Assembly: GCA_947489315.1 (NCBI GenBank)
Contig: CANLCX010000007.1
Location: forward strand, 40,143 to 104,142
DNA length: 64,000 nt
Origin: an uncultured Sphingomonadaceae bacterium
GTDB taxonomy: Bacteria; Pseudomonadota; Alphaproteobacteria; Sphingomonadales; Sphingomonadaceae
Direction of reading: 5' to 3'
The notes below the pieces were generated by a model. That model saw nothing but the letters and a program-made list of their open reading frames with translations, did not search any database and had not been told where the DNA came from. The stretch's first letter is position 1. Each line of letters begins with the position of its first letter. The position numbers and the translations under genes are program-made. Shown here one piece after another: positions 40,149 to 50,653 of the stretch.

Positions 40149-42349
40149 TGGATGAAATTAGAAACCAACCCATGAATAATCCAATATCCGCGGTGATCGA
40201 TAGCGATCCATACGATGAGCTCGATCATGAGACTCCCATCCTGATTCAATATTGGCAGGCGATTCTGCGCCATAAAATTGCGATTGCAATTATTGTTGCG
40301 GTTTGCATCGCCTTAGGAATCATCGCGACATTGCTGATGACCCCTTATTATACGTCGACATCGACGGTCGAGATTAATCGGGAGCAGGATAAGGTTACAA
40401 ACGTGGAAGGCTTGCGAACTGCCGATAGCGGAGGCCAGAATCTTGAATTTTATCAGACACAATATTCGTTGCTTGAATCACGATCATTGGCTGAGCGAGT
40501 TGTTCGCGCACAAAACCTAGCGGCTAAAGATGAATTTTTCGATACGTTTAATGTGGACCCGGATAGCGAAGGACTATTGACGCAAAAGGCGGACGTTCAG
40601 TCTGCGGCCCAACGTAATGAGCGCCTGAAAATTGCTACTGAAATACTTCAGGATCACATCAGTATTTCTCCCATTCGAGGCTCGAGTCTTGTGGACATAA
40701 GTTTTTCCAGCCCCAGTCCGTCATTATCTGCTCAGATTGCCAATGCTTGGGTTGAGCAGTTTATTGCCTCCAATCTTGATCGCCGGTTTAACTCAACCGC
40801 AGACGCCAGACGCTTCCTAGAAGAACAGTTGGCCGATTTGAAGCAAAAGCTGGAAGACTCCGAACGAAATTTGTCCGCTTATGCCGACAACAAAGAAATC
40901 ATAACGCTTTCATCAGAGCAAAACTCCGACGGTAGGACTGTTTCCCAGAAGACGCTGGCGTCCACTAATCTGGAGGCTTTGAACAATGCTTTGGCGGTAG
41001 CCATTGCCGAGCGTATTGCCGCAGAAAGCGAAGCAAGCCAAAGATCGGGAAATAGAAACTCTCTAACCAACAACGCCCTGAATGCCATTCGCGAAGAGCG
41101 TGCTAAGGTGCAAGCCGAGTATGCGAAGTTGTTGGTTTTGTTTGAGCCTGAATATCCTTCTGCAAAGGCTTTACAGTCTCAGATATCAGCGCTCGATAAG
41201 AGCATTGCCGCAGAAGAAACCCGTTCGCGGATGGGCACCTCGGCGCGTTATCGGGAAGCTTTGGAAAAGGAGCAGCAACTTCAGTCGCAAGTGAACCGTC
41301 TCAAGCGACAATTCAGCGGAGAGCGGAGAGATTCCATCCAATATAATATTTTCCAACGCGAAGTAGACACTAACCGTCAACTTTATGACGGGCTTTTACA
41401 GCGCTACAAAGAAATCGGTGTCGCCGGTGTTGGGACCAATAATATATCCATTGTTGACATAGGACAGCCTCCCGAAAAGCCCTCAAGCCCTCGGCTTTTG
41501 CTTAATATCGCATTGGCGATTTTTGGTGGGCTCGGTTTGGCCGCCGCATATGTTTTTGTGATGGAGCAAATCGATCAGACCATCAATGATCCTGGCGATC
41601 TGAAGTCTAAACTAGGTATCGCCCCACTTGGTTCAATTCCAGACCTCGAAAAAGAAGATGTTCTTGCTAGCCTCAAGGATAAGAAATCTGTGGCATGGGA
41701 AGCTTACCTGTCTATCCGCACGAGCCTTGCGTTTTTGACTGACCATGGCGTTCCGCGATCTTTCCTTCTCACAAGTACTCGACCGAACGAGGGTAAAAGT
41801 ACGTCCGCACTCGCTCTAGCAGCAGTTCTGGCTAGTACCAAAAAACGAATATTATTGATTGATGGCGATATGCGCAATCCTTCTCTACACCAGATGTTAG
41901 GGACCAAAAACACCAATGGCCTTAGCAATTATCTCGCCGGAAATGATGACCTGAGCAAGCTCATTCATGAAGACAGCGACTATGGCTTTGATGCAATGTC
42001 CGCTGGCCCTATTCCTCCCAATGCCGCGGAACTTCTTAGTAGCACAAGGATGCAAGAATTGGTTACGAGGCTGACAGAGAATTACGACACAGTGATCATT
42101 GATGCGCCCCCAGTACTTGGCCTTGCCGACATTCCATTGCTTGCGGACTCGGTTGAGGGTGTTATTTATACGATCGAGGCTGGTGGAGTGAAGTTGCGTG
42201 GTATCCAGTCGGCAATCGGACGCGTGCGCAGTGCTCATGCTCATATCTTCGGCGGCATTGTAACCAAAGTTCACGCGCAGCATTCTGGCTCCGGTTATGG
42301 TTATTCGTATCAATATAGTTATGGGAACCAAGCAGAAGAGCAAGTTTAA
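40148..42349 (+). CDS. polysaccharide co-polymerase / tyrosine autokinase (Wzc/ExoP/GumC family)
   Basis: Two TM segments flank a coiled-coil periplasmic domain. Walker A NEGKSTS, and a Tyr-rich tail GSGYGYSYQYSYG. Confidence 0.85.
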   Translation: MDEIRNQPMNNPISAVIDSDPYDELDHETPILIQYWQAILRHKIAIAIIVAVCIALGIIATLLMTPYYTSTSTVEINREQDKVTNVEGLRTADSGGQNLEFYQTQYSLLESRSLAERVVRAQNLAAKDEFFDTFNVDPDSEGLLTQKADVQSAAQRNERLKIATEILQDHISISPIRGSSLVDISFSSPSPSLSAQIANAWVEQFIASNLDRRFNSTADARRFLEEQLADLKQKLEDSERNLSAYADNKEIITLSSEQNSDGRTVSQKTLASTNLEALNNALAVAIAERIAAESEASQRSGNRNSLTNNALNAIREERAKVQAEYAKLLVLFEPEYPSAKALQSQISALDKSIAAEETRSRMGTSARYREALEKEQQLQSQVNRLKRQFSGERRDSIQYNIFQREVDTNRQLYDGLLQRYKEIGVAGVGTNNISIVDIGQPPEKPSSPRLLLNIALAIFGGLGLAAAYVFVMEQIDQTINDPGDLKSKLGIAPLGSIPDLEKEDVLASLKDKKSVAWEAYLSIRTSLAFLTDHGVPRSFLLTSTRPNEGKSTSALALAAVLASTKKRILLIDGDMRNPSLHQMLGTKNTNGLSNYLAGNDDLSKLIHEDSDYGFDAMSAGPIPPNAAELLSSTRMQELVTRLTENYDTVIIDAPPVLGLADIPLLADSVEGVIYTIEAGGVKLRGIQSAIGRVRSAHAHIFGGIVTKVHAQHSGSGYGYSYQYSYGNQAEEQV

Positions 42350-42370
42350 GAGCCGTCTAGGGATCATGCC

Positions 42371-43546
42371 ATGCTGAAAAGTATTATGATATGGATTGTC
42401 GGCGTCGCGCTTGCTTTAGCGGCAGCCCTTACAACTATGGGCGCGATTGCTAAAAATAAAGCACCAGAGCGTGCGGTAGCACTATCGCCGTTAAACGGTT
42501 TTGCTTCGCAAAATCTGGCTTCTAAAGCTGTGATCGCGTTGGTTGTTGCTAATGATGGTCAATTCCCGAGTCGTATTGACTCTGATACATTGAAATGGGC
42601 CAAGCAGGGCTTTCTAGCTGAGCCTGTAACACCTGAAGCTGTTGCAACGCTTGCGTTAGGCGCGGGCGAAAGTAGCAAACGTGAGTTGATGCACAAAGCC
42701 TTTGCATTAACTCGCCGGGAACAGTTAGTAACGGGATGGATGATCGCGGATAGCGGGGCGCAGGATGATGTCGCGCAGATATTACATTATTACGACACAA
42801 TGCTCCGAACGAGTGCGCAGTCGGCGTCGGTTGTAATCCCTATCATGGTTGGTGGGCTTTCCAGCGAGAGATTTATAGCCCCTTATGCTGATCTGCTTTC
42901 TAAATACCCGCCTTGGGCTAGTCAGTTTTGGGCAAACCTCGCTGTTACTCCTGGATCAATTGTAAATGGAGCAGCTTTACGCAAACGCGTCTATCGTGAT
43001 ACGGAAAATAGAGAGGTATACAAGGATGCTAATCTAATCCGCGCCTTGGCTCAAAATTACCATTTCGAAGCGGCGGAAAAGTTATATGCTTTGTTGGTCG
43101 ACGAGGTTTCCGCCAGCGCGATCATTCGCAATGGTTCGTTTGAGCGTGAATCACAATATGCGCCGCTCGACTGGCTTCTGGCTTCTACTGGTGAATATGG
43201 GGCTAGTATCGGACAAGGCTCCTTACAGCTTAGTGGGATTCAGAATTCGGGGGGTATATTTGCAAGGCAGTTGGTCAAATTGCCTCCCGCCATCATGCAA
43301 ATCGAGATAAAGGCAACTGATAGAATTCCTACCGATGTTGAACTCTCAATTGGACTGACATGCGCGGAAAAAATTGATGATGTTCCAAAAGCGATTAGAA
43401 TTCAGCTCGCAGAACAAGCCACTCTTCGAAAAATTAGTAACAAAGAATCAAATTGTAACTATTATTGGCTTGATGTAATCGGTCGGGCGTCAGATAGCTC
43501 AGGTTTTGATTTAGGTTTAGAATCTCTATCATTGCGCCGCAATTAA
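42371..43546 (+). CDS. hypothetical membrane-anchored protein of the polysaccharide locus
   Basis: N-terminal TM, helical middle region, C-terminal region starting IRNGSFERESQYAPLDW. No family recognised. Confidence 0.55.
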   Translation: MLKSIMIWIVGVALALAAALTTMGAIAKNKAPERAVALSPLNGFASQNLASKAVIALVVANDGQFPSRIDSDTLKWAKQGFLAEPVTPEAVATLALGAGESSKRELMHKAFALTRREQLVTGWMIADSGAQDDVAQILHYYDTMLRTSAQSASVVIPIMVGGLSSERFIAPYADLLSKYPPWASQFWANLAVTPGSIVNGAALRKRVYRDTENREVYKDANLIRALAQNYHFEAAEKLYALLVDEVSASAIIRNGSFERESQYAPLDWLLASTGEYGASIGQGSLQLSGIQNSGGIFARQLVKLPPAIMQIEIKATDRIPTDVELSIGLTCAEKIDDVPKAIRIQLAEQATLRKISNKESNCNYYWLDVIGRASDSSGFDLGLESLSLRRN

Positions 43547-43682
43547 AACGGCGACGGATGAGTTAGTTCAGACTTGACAGACTCATGACTGTTTCCGGCT
43601 CTCTAAGCGTTTGAATCTTTTACGTTATCTCGGGACAAGATATTCTATAGAGATAATGTGCAATTGAAGGCAGAAACACAGC

Positions 43683-44450
43683 ATCCCTATTGTATCCATT
43701 ATAACACCGCTTCATAATTCCGAAGAATTTGTCGAAGAGACAATTTCTTCTGTCTTGCGCCAAACATTTAAGAGATGGGAATTGATTGTCATCGATGATC
43801 ATTCCACTGACCGCAGCCACGACATTGTATCGACAATGGCGAAAGCAGATAGCCGTATAAAACTGATTAGACAAAAGTCAGGTCGACATGGTGCCGCGCA
43901 CGCTAGGAATTTAGCGATCGAACTGGCGAATGGGAGATATATTGCATTTTTGGACAGCGATGATATCTGGCACTCTGAAAAGTTGCGAAAGCAGATCGAC
44001 TATATGGAAAGGGCTAACGCCAATTTCTCATATACGGATTACGGCATCATCAATGCCTCGGGAAAGTCATCCGGTAGATTGATTAAATGCCCTAAGGAAA
44101 TCAACGAGAAAGACCTTCTGACGAGCTGCCCAATCGGATGTCTGACAGTGGTTTACAATCAGGAAGTGACGGGGAAAATCAGCATTCCCAATTTACAAAG
44201 AGCAAATGACTATGCTCTGTGGCTGGAAATATTTAAAAAAATCGACCTTGGTTATGGTATCCCAGAGGCGCTTGCAGATTACCGGATATCCAATCAGTCA
44301 CTGTCGTCGAAAAAATTTCAGAAGCTATTTTGGTTATTTAAATCATATCAACTAGTATTAGACAAAGGTGTATTGCAATCATTATACTTAACGTTTCGTT
44401 TTGTGACTGTGAATATATGGAGATCTAGATTATTTATAAAAGTTAGCTAA
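43683..44450 (+). CDS. glycosyltransferase family 2 (5' end lacks a canonical start; possible frameshift)
   Basis: IPIVSIITPLHNSEEFVEETISSVLRQTFKRWELIVIDDHSTD and FLDSDD (DxD). The first canonical in-frame start is the TTG at 43755, inside the Rossmann-like fold. Confidence 0.6.
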   Translation: MPIVSIITPLHNSEEFVEETISSVLRQTFKRWELIVIDDHSTDRSHDIVSTMAKADSRIKLIRQKSGRHGAAHARNLAIELANGRYIAFLDSDDIWHSEKLRKQIDYMERANANFSYTDYGIINASGKSSGRLIKCPKEINEKDLLTSCPIGCLTVVYNQEVTGKISIPNLQRANDYALWLEIFKKIDLGYGIPEALADYRISNQSLSSKKFQKLFWLFKSYQLVLDKGVLQSLYLTFRFVTVNIWRSRLFIKVS

Positions 44451-45221
44451 CAAATAACTGAGAGACTCCCTTTTATAATCAAGAAATTTCTTGCTCTCAA
44501 TATGCTGTGTTGTATGATTTTCAGCATGAGTAACTTTTATGGCAGGCGCATAAATACAAGACAAATCTGACGCTATGAGTTGCTCGGCGAGGTATAATTC
44601 TTCACCAAATAAAAAAGCTGGATAGCTCAGGCCCTTCATGCGCCTAATGAAGCGAGTCGAGAAAATCATAAAACTTCCGTGCGGGGCATAGATCTCAGAA
44701 TTAGCTGTCACCGAGGGTGGTGATTTAAAAAAGCCTCTCTTGGCCGCCAACATTGCATATAAGCTAGCAATATAACGATATCGGTAAACTGCATGAAGAA
44801 AATAAAGCTTCTTCTTGCTCGGTCGATTGACTTCAAAAGGGTTTTGGTCTTTTTTACTTTTCAAAGAGGTGATTTGGGGGGCGAGCATCCCGAAATGCTC
44901 ATCGTCAAAAGACAAAATACGGCAGATGGAATGATCAATTTCTATGTCAGGGTTTGACAATACAACCCATTTTGGAAGCCCGCTAGTTTTACTATACTCC
45001 TGTAAGGCAAAATCACCCCCATTTAAGTAGCCCAAGTTTCGTGGAGCTTTAAATAACGAAACCTCACGATCATTTAGTTGTTGATTCAATAATTCAAAAT
45101 TATGCGATGCATTGCAACACACTATAATATCTATTCTTATAGACAATTCCATTTCTATAATTCTGTCAATAAACTTTATTATCTCATCATCACAGTAATA
45201 ATTTACTAATATAATGGCCAT
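44430..45221 (-). CDS. glycosyltransferase (GT2-like)
   Basis: MAIILVNYYCDDEI N-terminus and rhamnosyltransferase-like body. Start chosen to avoid overlap with the upstream gene. Confidence 0.55.
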   Translation of the reverse strand: MAIILVNYYCDDEIIKFIDRIIEMELSIRIDIIVCCNASHNFELLNQQLNDREVSLFKAPRNLGYLNGGDFALQEYSKTSGLPKWVVLSNPDIEIDHSICRILSFDDEHFGMLAPQITSLKSKKDQNPFEVNRPSKKKLYFLHAVYRYRYIASLYAMLAAKRGFFKSPPSVTANSEIYAPHGSFMIFSTRFIRRMKGLSYPAFLFGEELYLAEQLIASDLSCIYAPAIKVTHAENHTTQHIESKKFLDYKRESLSYLLANFYK

Positions 45222-45231
45222 ATCACAATGA

Positions 45232-46092
45232 TTATTTATTGTATTTAATACCATCAATCAATCCCTTCAAAGCAAATTTCATAGTCAAAAACCGTTTATG
45301 GTAAAAAATGACTATGATTGCGGATAGTTTTAATAAAATAAAAGTTCTTTCTAACGCCCACTTCGGATTATTTTTGCAATAACCCTGAATTAAAATGGCT
45401 GCATTTCGGAATCGATAGTAAATTCTTGTTGTGCTGTATTCCTGCAAACTAATTTTACGCCCCATGATTGATCTGACCGCTGCTTGTCCAAATTCATGAT
45501 CGATGCTGGCGTTATGATTGACTGGGATTTCAAATCCCGCTTGCTTCAGTCTAAGGCACATGTCGAAGTCTACCAGGTCGATAAACAAGTCCTCTCGAAA
45601 CCAACCAACGTTCTCAATGGCATCGATGTTGGTGCAGGTTCCTGATGTAATTACCATCCCTGTAACATTGACATTTTTTGACGTTGTTGCCCTTTCTGAA
45701 GCAGAGCTTCTCTCGCAAATAGCGGAGCCAACCATACCCAAAGTGCTGCGCTCATTGTGCTGCAAAATATATTCTCTCATCGACGCAGAGTAATTTCTAC
45801 AAGGAGTGCTGTCTTGATCTATGGTTACGACCCATTTGTAATGATCTGATTTTGCTTTCTGTACCCCAACGTTCAGGGCGTGTGCTATCCCAGTGTTGCG
45901 ACCAAGAAATATCTTCTCGACCCGTGCATCGGTGATTTGCTTCAAATAGAATAAGGTTTCGGGTGACGAACCATTATCGACCAGATATATCACGGACAAT
46001 TGTTTCAGCCATAATCCCACGTTTTCGATGATGTCTTCATCTGGGTGGAACGTGACAATAACGCCAGCAAATTTTTGAATTTTATTCGCCAT
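45232..46092 (-). CDS. glycosyltransferase family 2 (rhamnosyltransferase-like)
   Basis: AGVIVTFHPDEDIIENV...VDNGS...TIDQDS pattern. Confidence 0.65.
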   Translation of the reverse strand: MANKIQKFAGVIVTFHPDEDIIENVGLWLKQLSVIYLVDNGSSPETLFYLKQITDARVEKIFLGRNTGIAHALNVGVQKAKSDHYKWVVTIDQDSTPCRNYSASMREYILQHNERSTLGMVGSAICERSSASERATTSKNVNVTGMVITSGTCTNIDAIENVGWFREDLFIDLVDFDMCLRLKQAGFEIPVNHNASIDHEFGQAAVRSIMGRKISLQEYSTTRIYYRFRNAAILIQGYCKNNPKWALERTFILLKLSAIIVIFYHKRFLTMKFALKGLIDGIKYNK

Positions 46093-46122
46093 TATCTCTA
46101 ACTAAAACCCCTTTGCGCACTG

Positions 46123-47160
46123 TTAAAGTGAGATGATTCCGTCTTGTAGGTATCGGCTAAAGGACCACGCGGCCGCACACAAAAAGACTATTTGTGGAAT
46201 ATGATCCAACCTTCGCTCCCGGATGTGACCTGCGTAAAATATCAATGTTATGCTTAAATATTCTTTTAGCCGAGATGAGAAAACGGGTTGATTGTAAAAT
46301 AGCATAGCGGCCATTATCCCGCAGCAAATTAGAATGAAATATAAATAGGAATAGTCATCATGTATGTGCCATTTGTAGATAAATCCATAAATGATGATCG
46401 TATATGACGCCAAATTTACCGCTGAAAATAAATTTAGCTTCTCGACATAATCCGCACGTGACAAATAAGATTCTGTCAACGGATTCAATATGATGGATAT
46501 ATCAAAAGCCACGTCTATAATTTCGTTTTGAAGTATCAACACTATGATGAACAGAGGTATGATTGAACGCTTCAGGATAGAATTTTTGCTGCTCAGGAAG
46601 AATAAAATGCAGGGAAGCGCGATTAGAGTAGATGAGTGAAAGCTGATCGATATAAGATATGTTATCGCCCCTACTAACAGCTTCCTTTCAGCGAACTTAT
46701 GGAATGCGTAGAATGAAAAGGCGACAGCAAGGGATACCCGGATTTGGGTATATTCATGGATCGGATAAAACATTAAAAGATAGCACAAAAAGCCAATCAG
46801 CACTTGATTTGTGTACCGAGCGATAAGAAAAAATTTAATGGAAATTGATATAAATGTAGAAACAAAAATAAAATTATTAAAGCTTAATCCAAGCACATTA
46901 TTCATGAACCAGTTATAGTAAAGAAAACCAATTTCAAAGCGCGTTTCGAGATAAGTTATATCCCCCTTGGTGCTACTGTAAAACTCTAGATAATTGTAAA
47001 AGTCACGATCAATACCCAGATATTTTTGTCCTGTTAGGTAAGCTACTGCAAAGGAAACAACGAGAATGAAAATCCATTGATAGCGTCCAATGCTTTGGGC
47101 CAATTGACTCGCATTCATATGGAGTTGCGGTTTGGGAAGTATATTGGTGCGCGATATCAT
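46123..47160 (-). CDS. EpsG family polysaccharide polymerase (Wzy-like)
   Basis: 345 aa, about 10 TM segments, aromatic-rich, with an EpsG-like N-terminal block GIDRDFYNYLEFY. Confidence 0.6.
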   Translation of the reverse strand: MISRTNILPKPQLHMNASQLAQSIGRYQWIFILVVSFAVAYLTGQKYLGIDRDFYNYLEFYSSTKGDITYLETRFEIGFLYYNWFMNNVLGLSFNNFIFVSTFISISIKFFLIARYTNQVLIGFLCYLLMFYPIHEYTQIRVSLAVAFSFYAFHKFAERKLLVGAITYLISISFHSSTLIALPCILFFLSSKNSILKRSIIPLFIIVLILQNEIIDVAFDISIILNPLTESYLSRADYVEKLNLFSAVNLASYTIIIYGFIYKWHIHDDYSYLYFILICCGIMAAMLFYNQPVFSSRLKEYLSITLIFYAGHIRERRLDHIPQIVFLCAAAWSFSRYLQDGIISL

Positions 47161-47163
47161 ATT

Positions 47164-48249
47164 CTATCTTTCAGCTTCGCTATGCTTATAAAGCAATTTA
47201 AGCATAGACTGCGCGACGATTGGCCATGAAAAAGATTCAATATCCTTTGAAGCAGTGGCGACTTTGTCTATATGGTCGTTGCCGCGACTTAACTCTAAAA
47301 TAGCATCTGATATACTATCCGGAGACTGATTTGCTACGATCCAGCTATTGCGATAGTCAGCAGGTATATATCCCGTCGTCACAACTGCTACCCCGCATGC
47401 CATAGCTTCCATTACAGGGTAATGTGGCGCCCCTTTTTGTGTGGTACAGGGGGCTAGAAGAACATCAAGAGATCGGTAGTAATCTGCTAGTTCATGGTCG
47501 TTTCTTGGAATAATGACTGAACAGTCCTGGTGAGACCAGTGTTCCGGAAGGTTTCCGTAAGCCACTTTCAATTTAAGCCTGCCATCTAGCTGATTGGCTT
47601 TCGCAAAACCTTCAAGGGCGTAAATTGTACCTTTGGATGGTTCACTGCGCCCTATGGTTCCTACAATAATCTGATCTGCAGATCGCAGATCTTTCGGGCG
47701 ATCTTTGGTACGGTAGATATTGAAATCCAAACCAGGCGGAACCACTCCAACCGAACGGACTCCCTTATAGTCAACATAGATGCCGCTGTTCACTATTGTA
47801 ATAAAAGGCAATTTATATGAAAGCTTAGCAACCAACCAAGAGAGCCATTTTTTCTCTAGCTGGTAATATTCTGGCTCATAAGCTTGAATATAATAGAAAA
47901 GGGCAGCTTTCCTTGGGCGAGCCAGCCAAATCGGCCACGGAGTAAAGGACTGGTTGGCAAGAATCACATCATAATTCTCACCTATTTTCTTCACTCCAGA
48001 ATATAAACTGAGCAAATTGTCCAACGCGCTGATGGAGCGAGCACTGCTCTCAGCATAATATTCAGAAACATCGCCTGATCGATTTGAAGTTACAATAGCT
48101 GCATCTGTCGGGAAATACGGTGGTGGGCTGGTTTCGGGAACGAGGAAATTAACATTGTGACCCAATTTTGTCCATTCGCTCGCGAGGTTTGAAAGTACCC
48201 GATATCCGCCCGCTTTCCCAAAGCCCAGTATTGGAATCAAAATGTTCAT
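47164..48249 (-). CDS. glycosyltransferase family 4 (GT-B)
   Basis: MNILIPILGFGKAGGYRV N-terminus and C-terminal E-x7-E-like region PVMEAMACGVAVV. Confidence 0.7.
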   Translation of the reverse strand: MNILIPILGFGKAGGYRVLSNLASEWTKLGHNVNFLVPETSPPPYFPTDAAIVTSNRSGDVSEYYAESSARSISALDNLLSLYSGVKKIGENYDVILANQSFTPWPIWLARPRKAALFYYIQAYEPEYYQLEKKWLSWLVAKLSYKLPFITIVNSGIYVDYKGVRSVGVVPPGLDFNIYRTKDRPKDLRSADQIIVGTIGRSEPSKGTIYALEGFAKANQLDGRLKLKVAYGNLPEHWSHQDCSVIIPRNDHELADYYRSLDVLLAPCTTQKGAPHYPVMEAMACGVAVVTTGYIPADYRNSWIVANQSPDSISDAILELSRGNDHIDKVATASKDIESFSWPIVAQSMLKLLYKHSEAER

Positions 48250-48274
48250 GCTTCATCTCGTGAATTGCAGATTT

Positions 48275-49540
48275 TCATTTGAACAGAGCATCGCGTTTGC
48301 GGTTGGTCGCTACCGTTAGGACGAACACCATTATCCAATATATCCCGTAGTTGCAGGCATAGGCCATTGCAACTCCCTTGAATCCATAAATCGATGTAAA
48401 CACGAGAACTAATATATAAAAAAGACCGGAAGCGCATATCTCCGTAACAATATATGTTTTTGTGAGCCCCTTGCCGATCATCAAAAAGGCGATGAGCCAA
48501 GCGCCGACCTTTAGAAAGTCACCAAATAGCTGCCAAGCGAACAATTGGTTCATCGGAAGGAAACTGTCGTCGAAAAGTAGGGGGATGATAAAGTCGCGGC
48601 TGAGGTATATTATAAACGAGATTACGATAACCACTGGCAGAACCATAATATGTACATATTTCAGTTCTTTGGCTAGTTCTGGCCAGTTTCGGATTTCAGC
48701 AATTCTCGGCAAATAATATAGGGACAAGGTCGTTGTAGCCAAAAGTAGATACATTGTACTGATGCGCCATGTTGCATCCCAATACCCTGCATAGATTAGT
48801 CCGTAGTTTGAAATCAGATGATTGCGCACTAAAATCAAACTGGTAGGAACTACGATTGCCGTCGTTACAGCCATTAACGCAAAGCGCCCCAACCTTTGGA
48901 GTTCAACGGGATCGACTGCTCCAAACATGTTTTTTTGATGAAACCAATGTGTCCGCTGGATTTGGAAAGCAGTGACAAAAAAAATCGCTGCTTGATTGAC
49001 ACTTAGAGCGATTAGAGCACCAATCAGACCGAACCACCAAGACAATCCTCCGATCAGAACTAAGCCAATAAGCGATCCTGATATGTTGCTGATCACATAA
49101 CGCCGGACTTCTTTCATACCGTTGAGAACAGCAAGCAGGAATGCGTTTAAACTGATGAAGACCAGGCTAATAGCCAACCATATGAAAACCGATCGGTATT
49201 CAGCATTTTTTAAAACTAGAAGAGCTAACTGTCCGCTGAATATGATAATTGAGACGGCTGCGAGGCATGATGTCCCGATTACCAGAGTTCCGGCGGTTTT
49301 CCAGATGCGATAACGGCGCTCCATATCATCAAAATGCTCTGCTGTATGTTTGGTAACACCTGTATTCACAGCACCTGTTGCAAATGTCACAACGATAGAA
49401 ACGGTATTCTGAAATTGCCCAATCAGGGCATATCCTCCGGGTCCGACGAAAACCGCTAGTATTTTGTTGATCAAGAGAGATGATAGCAGTTTGATTGACA
49501 CAGCTGCGGCATTCCACAAGCTGGTGCGCACTAGGCTCAC
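48275..49540 (-). CDS. wzx: O-antigen/polysaccharide flippase Wzx
   Basis: 421 aa, about 12 TM segments, N-terminus SLVRTSLWNAAAVSIKLLSSLLINKILAVFVGPGGYALIGQFQN. Confidence 0.75.
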   Translation of the reverse strand: MSLVRTSLWNAAAVSIKLLSSLLINKILAVFVGPGGYALIGQFQNTVSIVVTFATGAVNTGVTKHTAEHFDDMERRYRIWKTAGTLVIGTSCLAAVSIIIFSGQLALLVLKNAEYRSVFIWLAISLVFISLNAFLLAVLNGMKEVRRYVISNISGSLIGLVLIGGLSWWFGLIGALIALSVNQAAIFFVTAFQIQRTHWFHQKNMFGAVDPVELQRLGRFALMAVTTAIVVPTSLILVRNHLISNYGLIYAGYWDATWRISTMYLLLATTTLSLYYLPRIAEIRNWPELAKELKYVHIMVLPVVIVISFIIYLSRDFIIPLLFDDSFLPMNQLFAWQLFGDFLKVGAWLIAFLMIGKGLTKTYIVTEICASGLFYILVLVFTSIYGFKGVAMAYACNYGIYWIMVFVLTVATNRKRDALFK

Positions 49541-49558
49541 TTCACACCAAGTTGCATG

Positions 49559-50653
49559 TTATGCGCAAGACCGGACTGCATCGATCACTTGATCTACCTG
49601 GCTGGCGCTCATTGTTGGTCCGATCGGAAGGCTTAAAACATCTCTGTGGATGACTTCGCTTATCGGGAAACTTCCGCTTGCGTAACCCATCTCGGCGTAA
49701 GCGAGTTGCATGTGTGGTGGAATTGGATAGTGGATCATTGATCCCACACCTTTGCCCGCAAGCTTTTTTATTAGATTATCGCGATTTTCGTGCCTGATAA
49801 CAAATAGGTGCCAAGCAGGCTCGGCCCACGCAGGCACTGTCGGTAAAGCCACAGGCAGTCCAGACATTTGCTCTAAATAGATACTAGCGATATCACGTCG
49901 CCGCGCTGTGTCGGCTTCCAGTTGTTCCAGTTTCACACGGAGGAAAGCGGCCTGTAATTCATCCAAACGAGAATTATAGCCAATTTCCATGTTATGATAT
50001 TTTTTTTGTGATCCATAGTTACGCAAAACAGTTATCCGTTCTGCCAATTCGGCGCGATTGGTCGTAATTGCACCTCCATCACCAATGGCGCCAAGGTTTT
50101 TTCCAGGATAAAAACTCCACGCAACAACGTCTCCGTGCGCACCAATTTTTTTCCCGTTACAGCTCGCACCATGAGCCTGTGCGGCGTCTTCGATGACGTA
50201 AAGGCTATGCTTTCTGGCAATCGGCAATATGGCGCCCAAATCCGCAGCTTGGCCATATAAATGTACAGGCATAATTGCGCGCGTACTTGGTGTGATTGCC
50301 TTTTCGATCAGCGCCGGATCAATATTATATGTTTCTATAATCGGCTCGACGGGAATGCACCGGGCACCAACATGAGTGACGGCTAGCCAAGTGGCGATAT
50401 AGGTATTGGACGGTACGATAACTTCATCACCAGGCCCAATATCCAGTGCTCGCAACGCAAGCGAGAGAGCTTCCAGCCCATTAGCAACGCCGACACAATG
50501 ATCGGCTTCACAATAGGCAGCATACTCAGATTGAAACCGTTCCACTTCTTGTCCGAGGACATACCAGCCAGAATCAAGCACACGCTCCATAGCGGCTACT
50601 AAATCAGTGCGTTGCTTCATTTGTATAGACTTTAGATCAAGAAACGGAATCAT
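49559..50653 (-). CDS. DegT/DnrJ/EryC1 family sugar aminotransferase (FdtB/QdtB-like)
   Basis: MIPFLDLK..., a PLP-dependent fold; placed next to the isomerase and acetyltransferase genes. Confidence 0.75.
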   Translation of the reverse strand: MIPFLDLKSIQMKQRTDLVAAMERVLDSGWYVLGQEVERFQSEYAAYCEADHCVGVANGLEALSLALRALDIGPGDEVIVPSNTYIATWLAVTHVGARCIPVEPIIETYNIDPALIEKAITPSTRAIMPVHLYGQAADLGAILPIARKHSLYVIEDAAQAHGASCNGKKIGAHGDVVAWSFYPGKNLGAIGDGGAITTNRAELAERITVLRNYGSQKKYHNMEIGYNSRLDELQAAFLRVKLEQLEADTARRRDIASIYLEQMSGLPVALPTVPAWAEPAWHLFVIRHENRDNLIKKLAGKGVGSMIHYPIPPHMQLAYAEMGYASGSFPISEVIHRDVLSLPIGPTMSASQVDQVIDAVRSCA

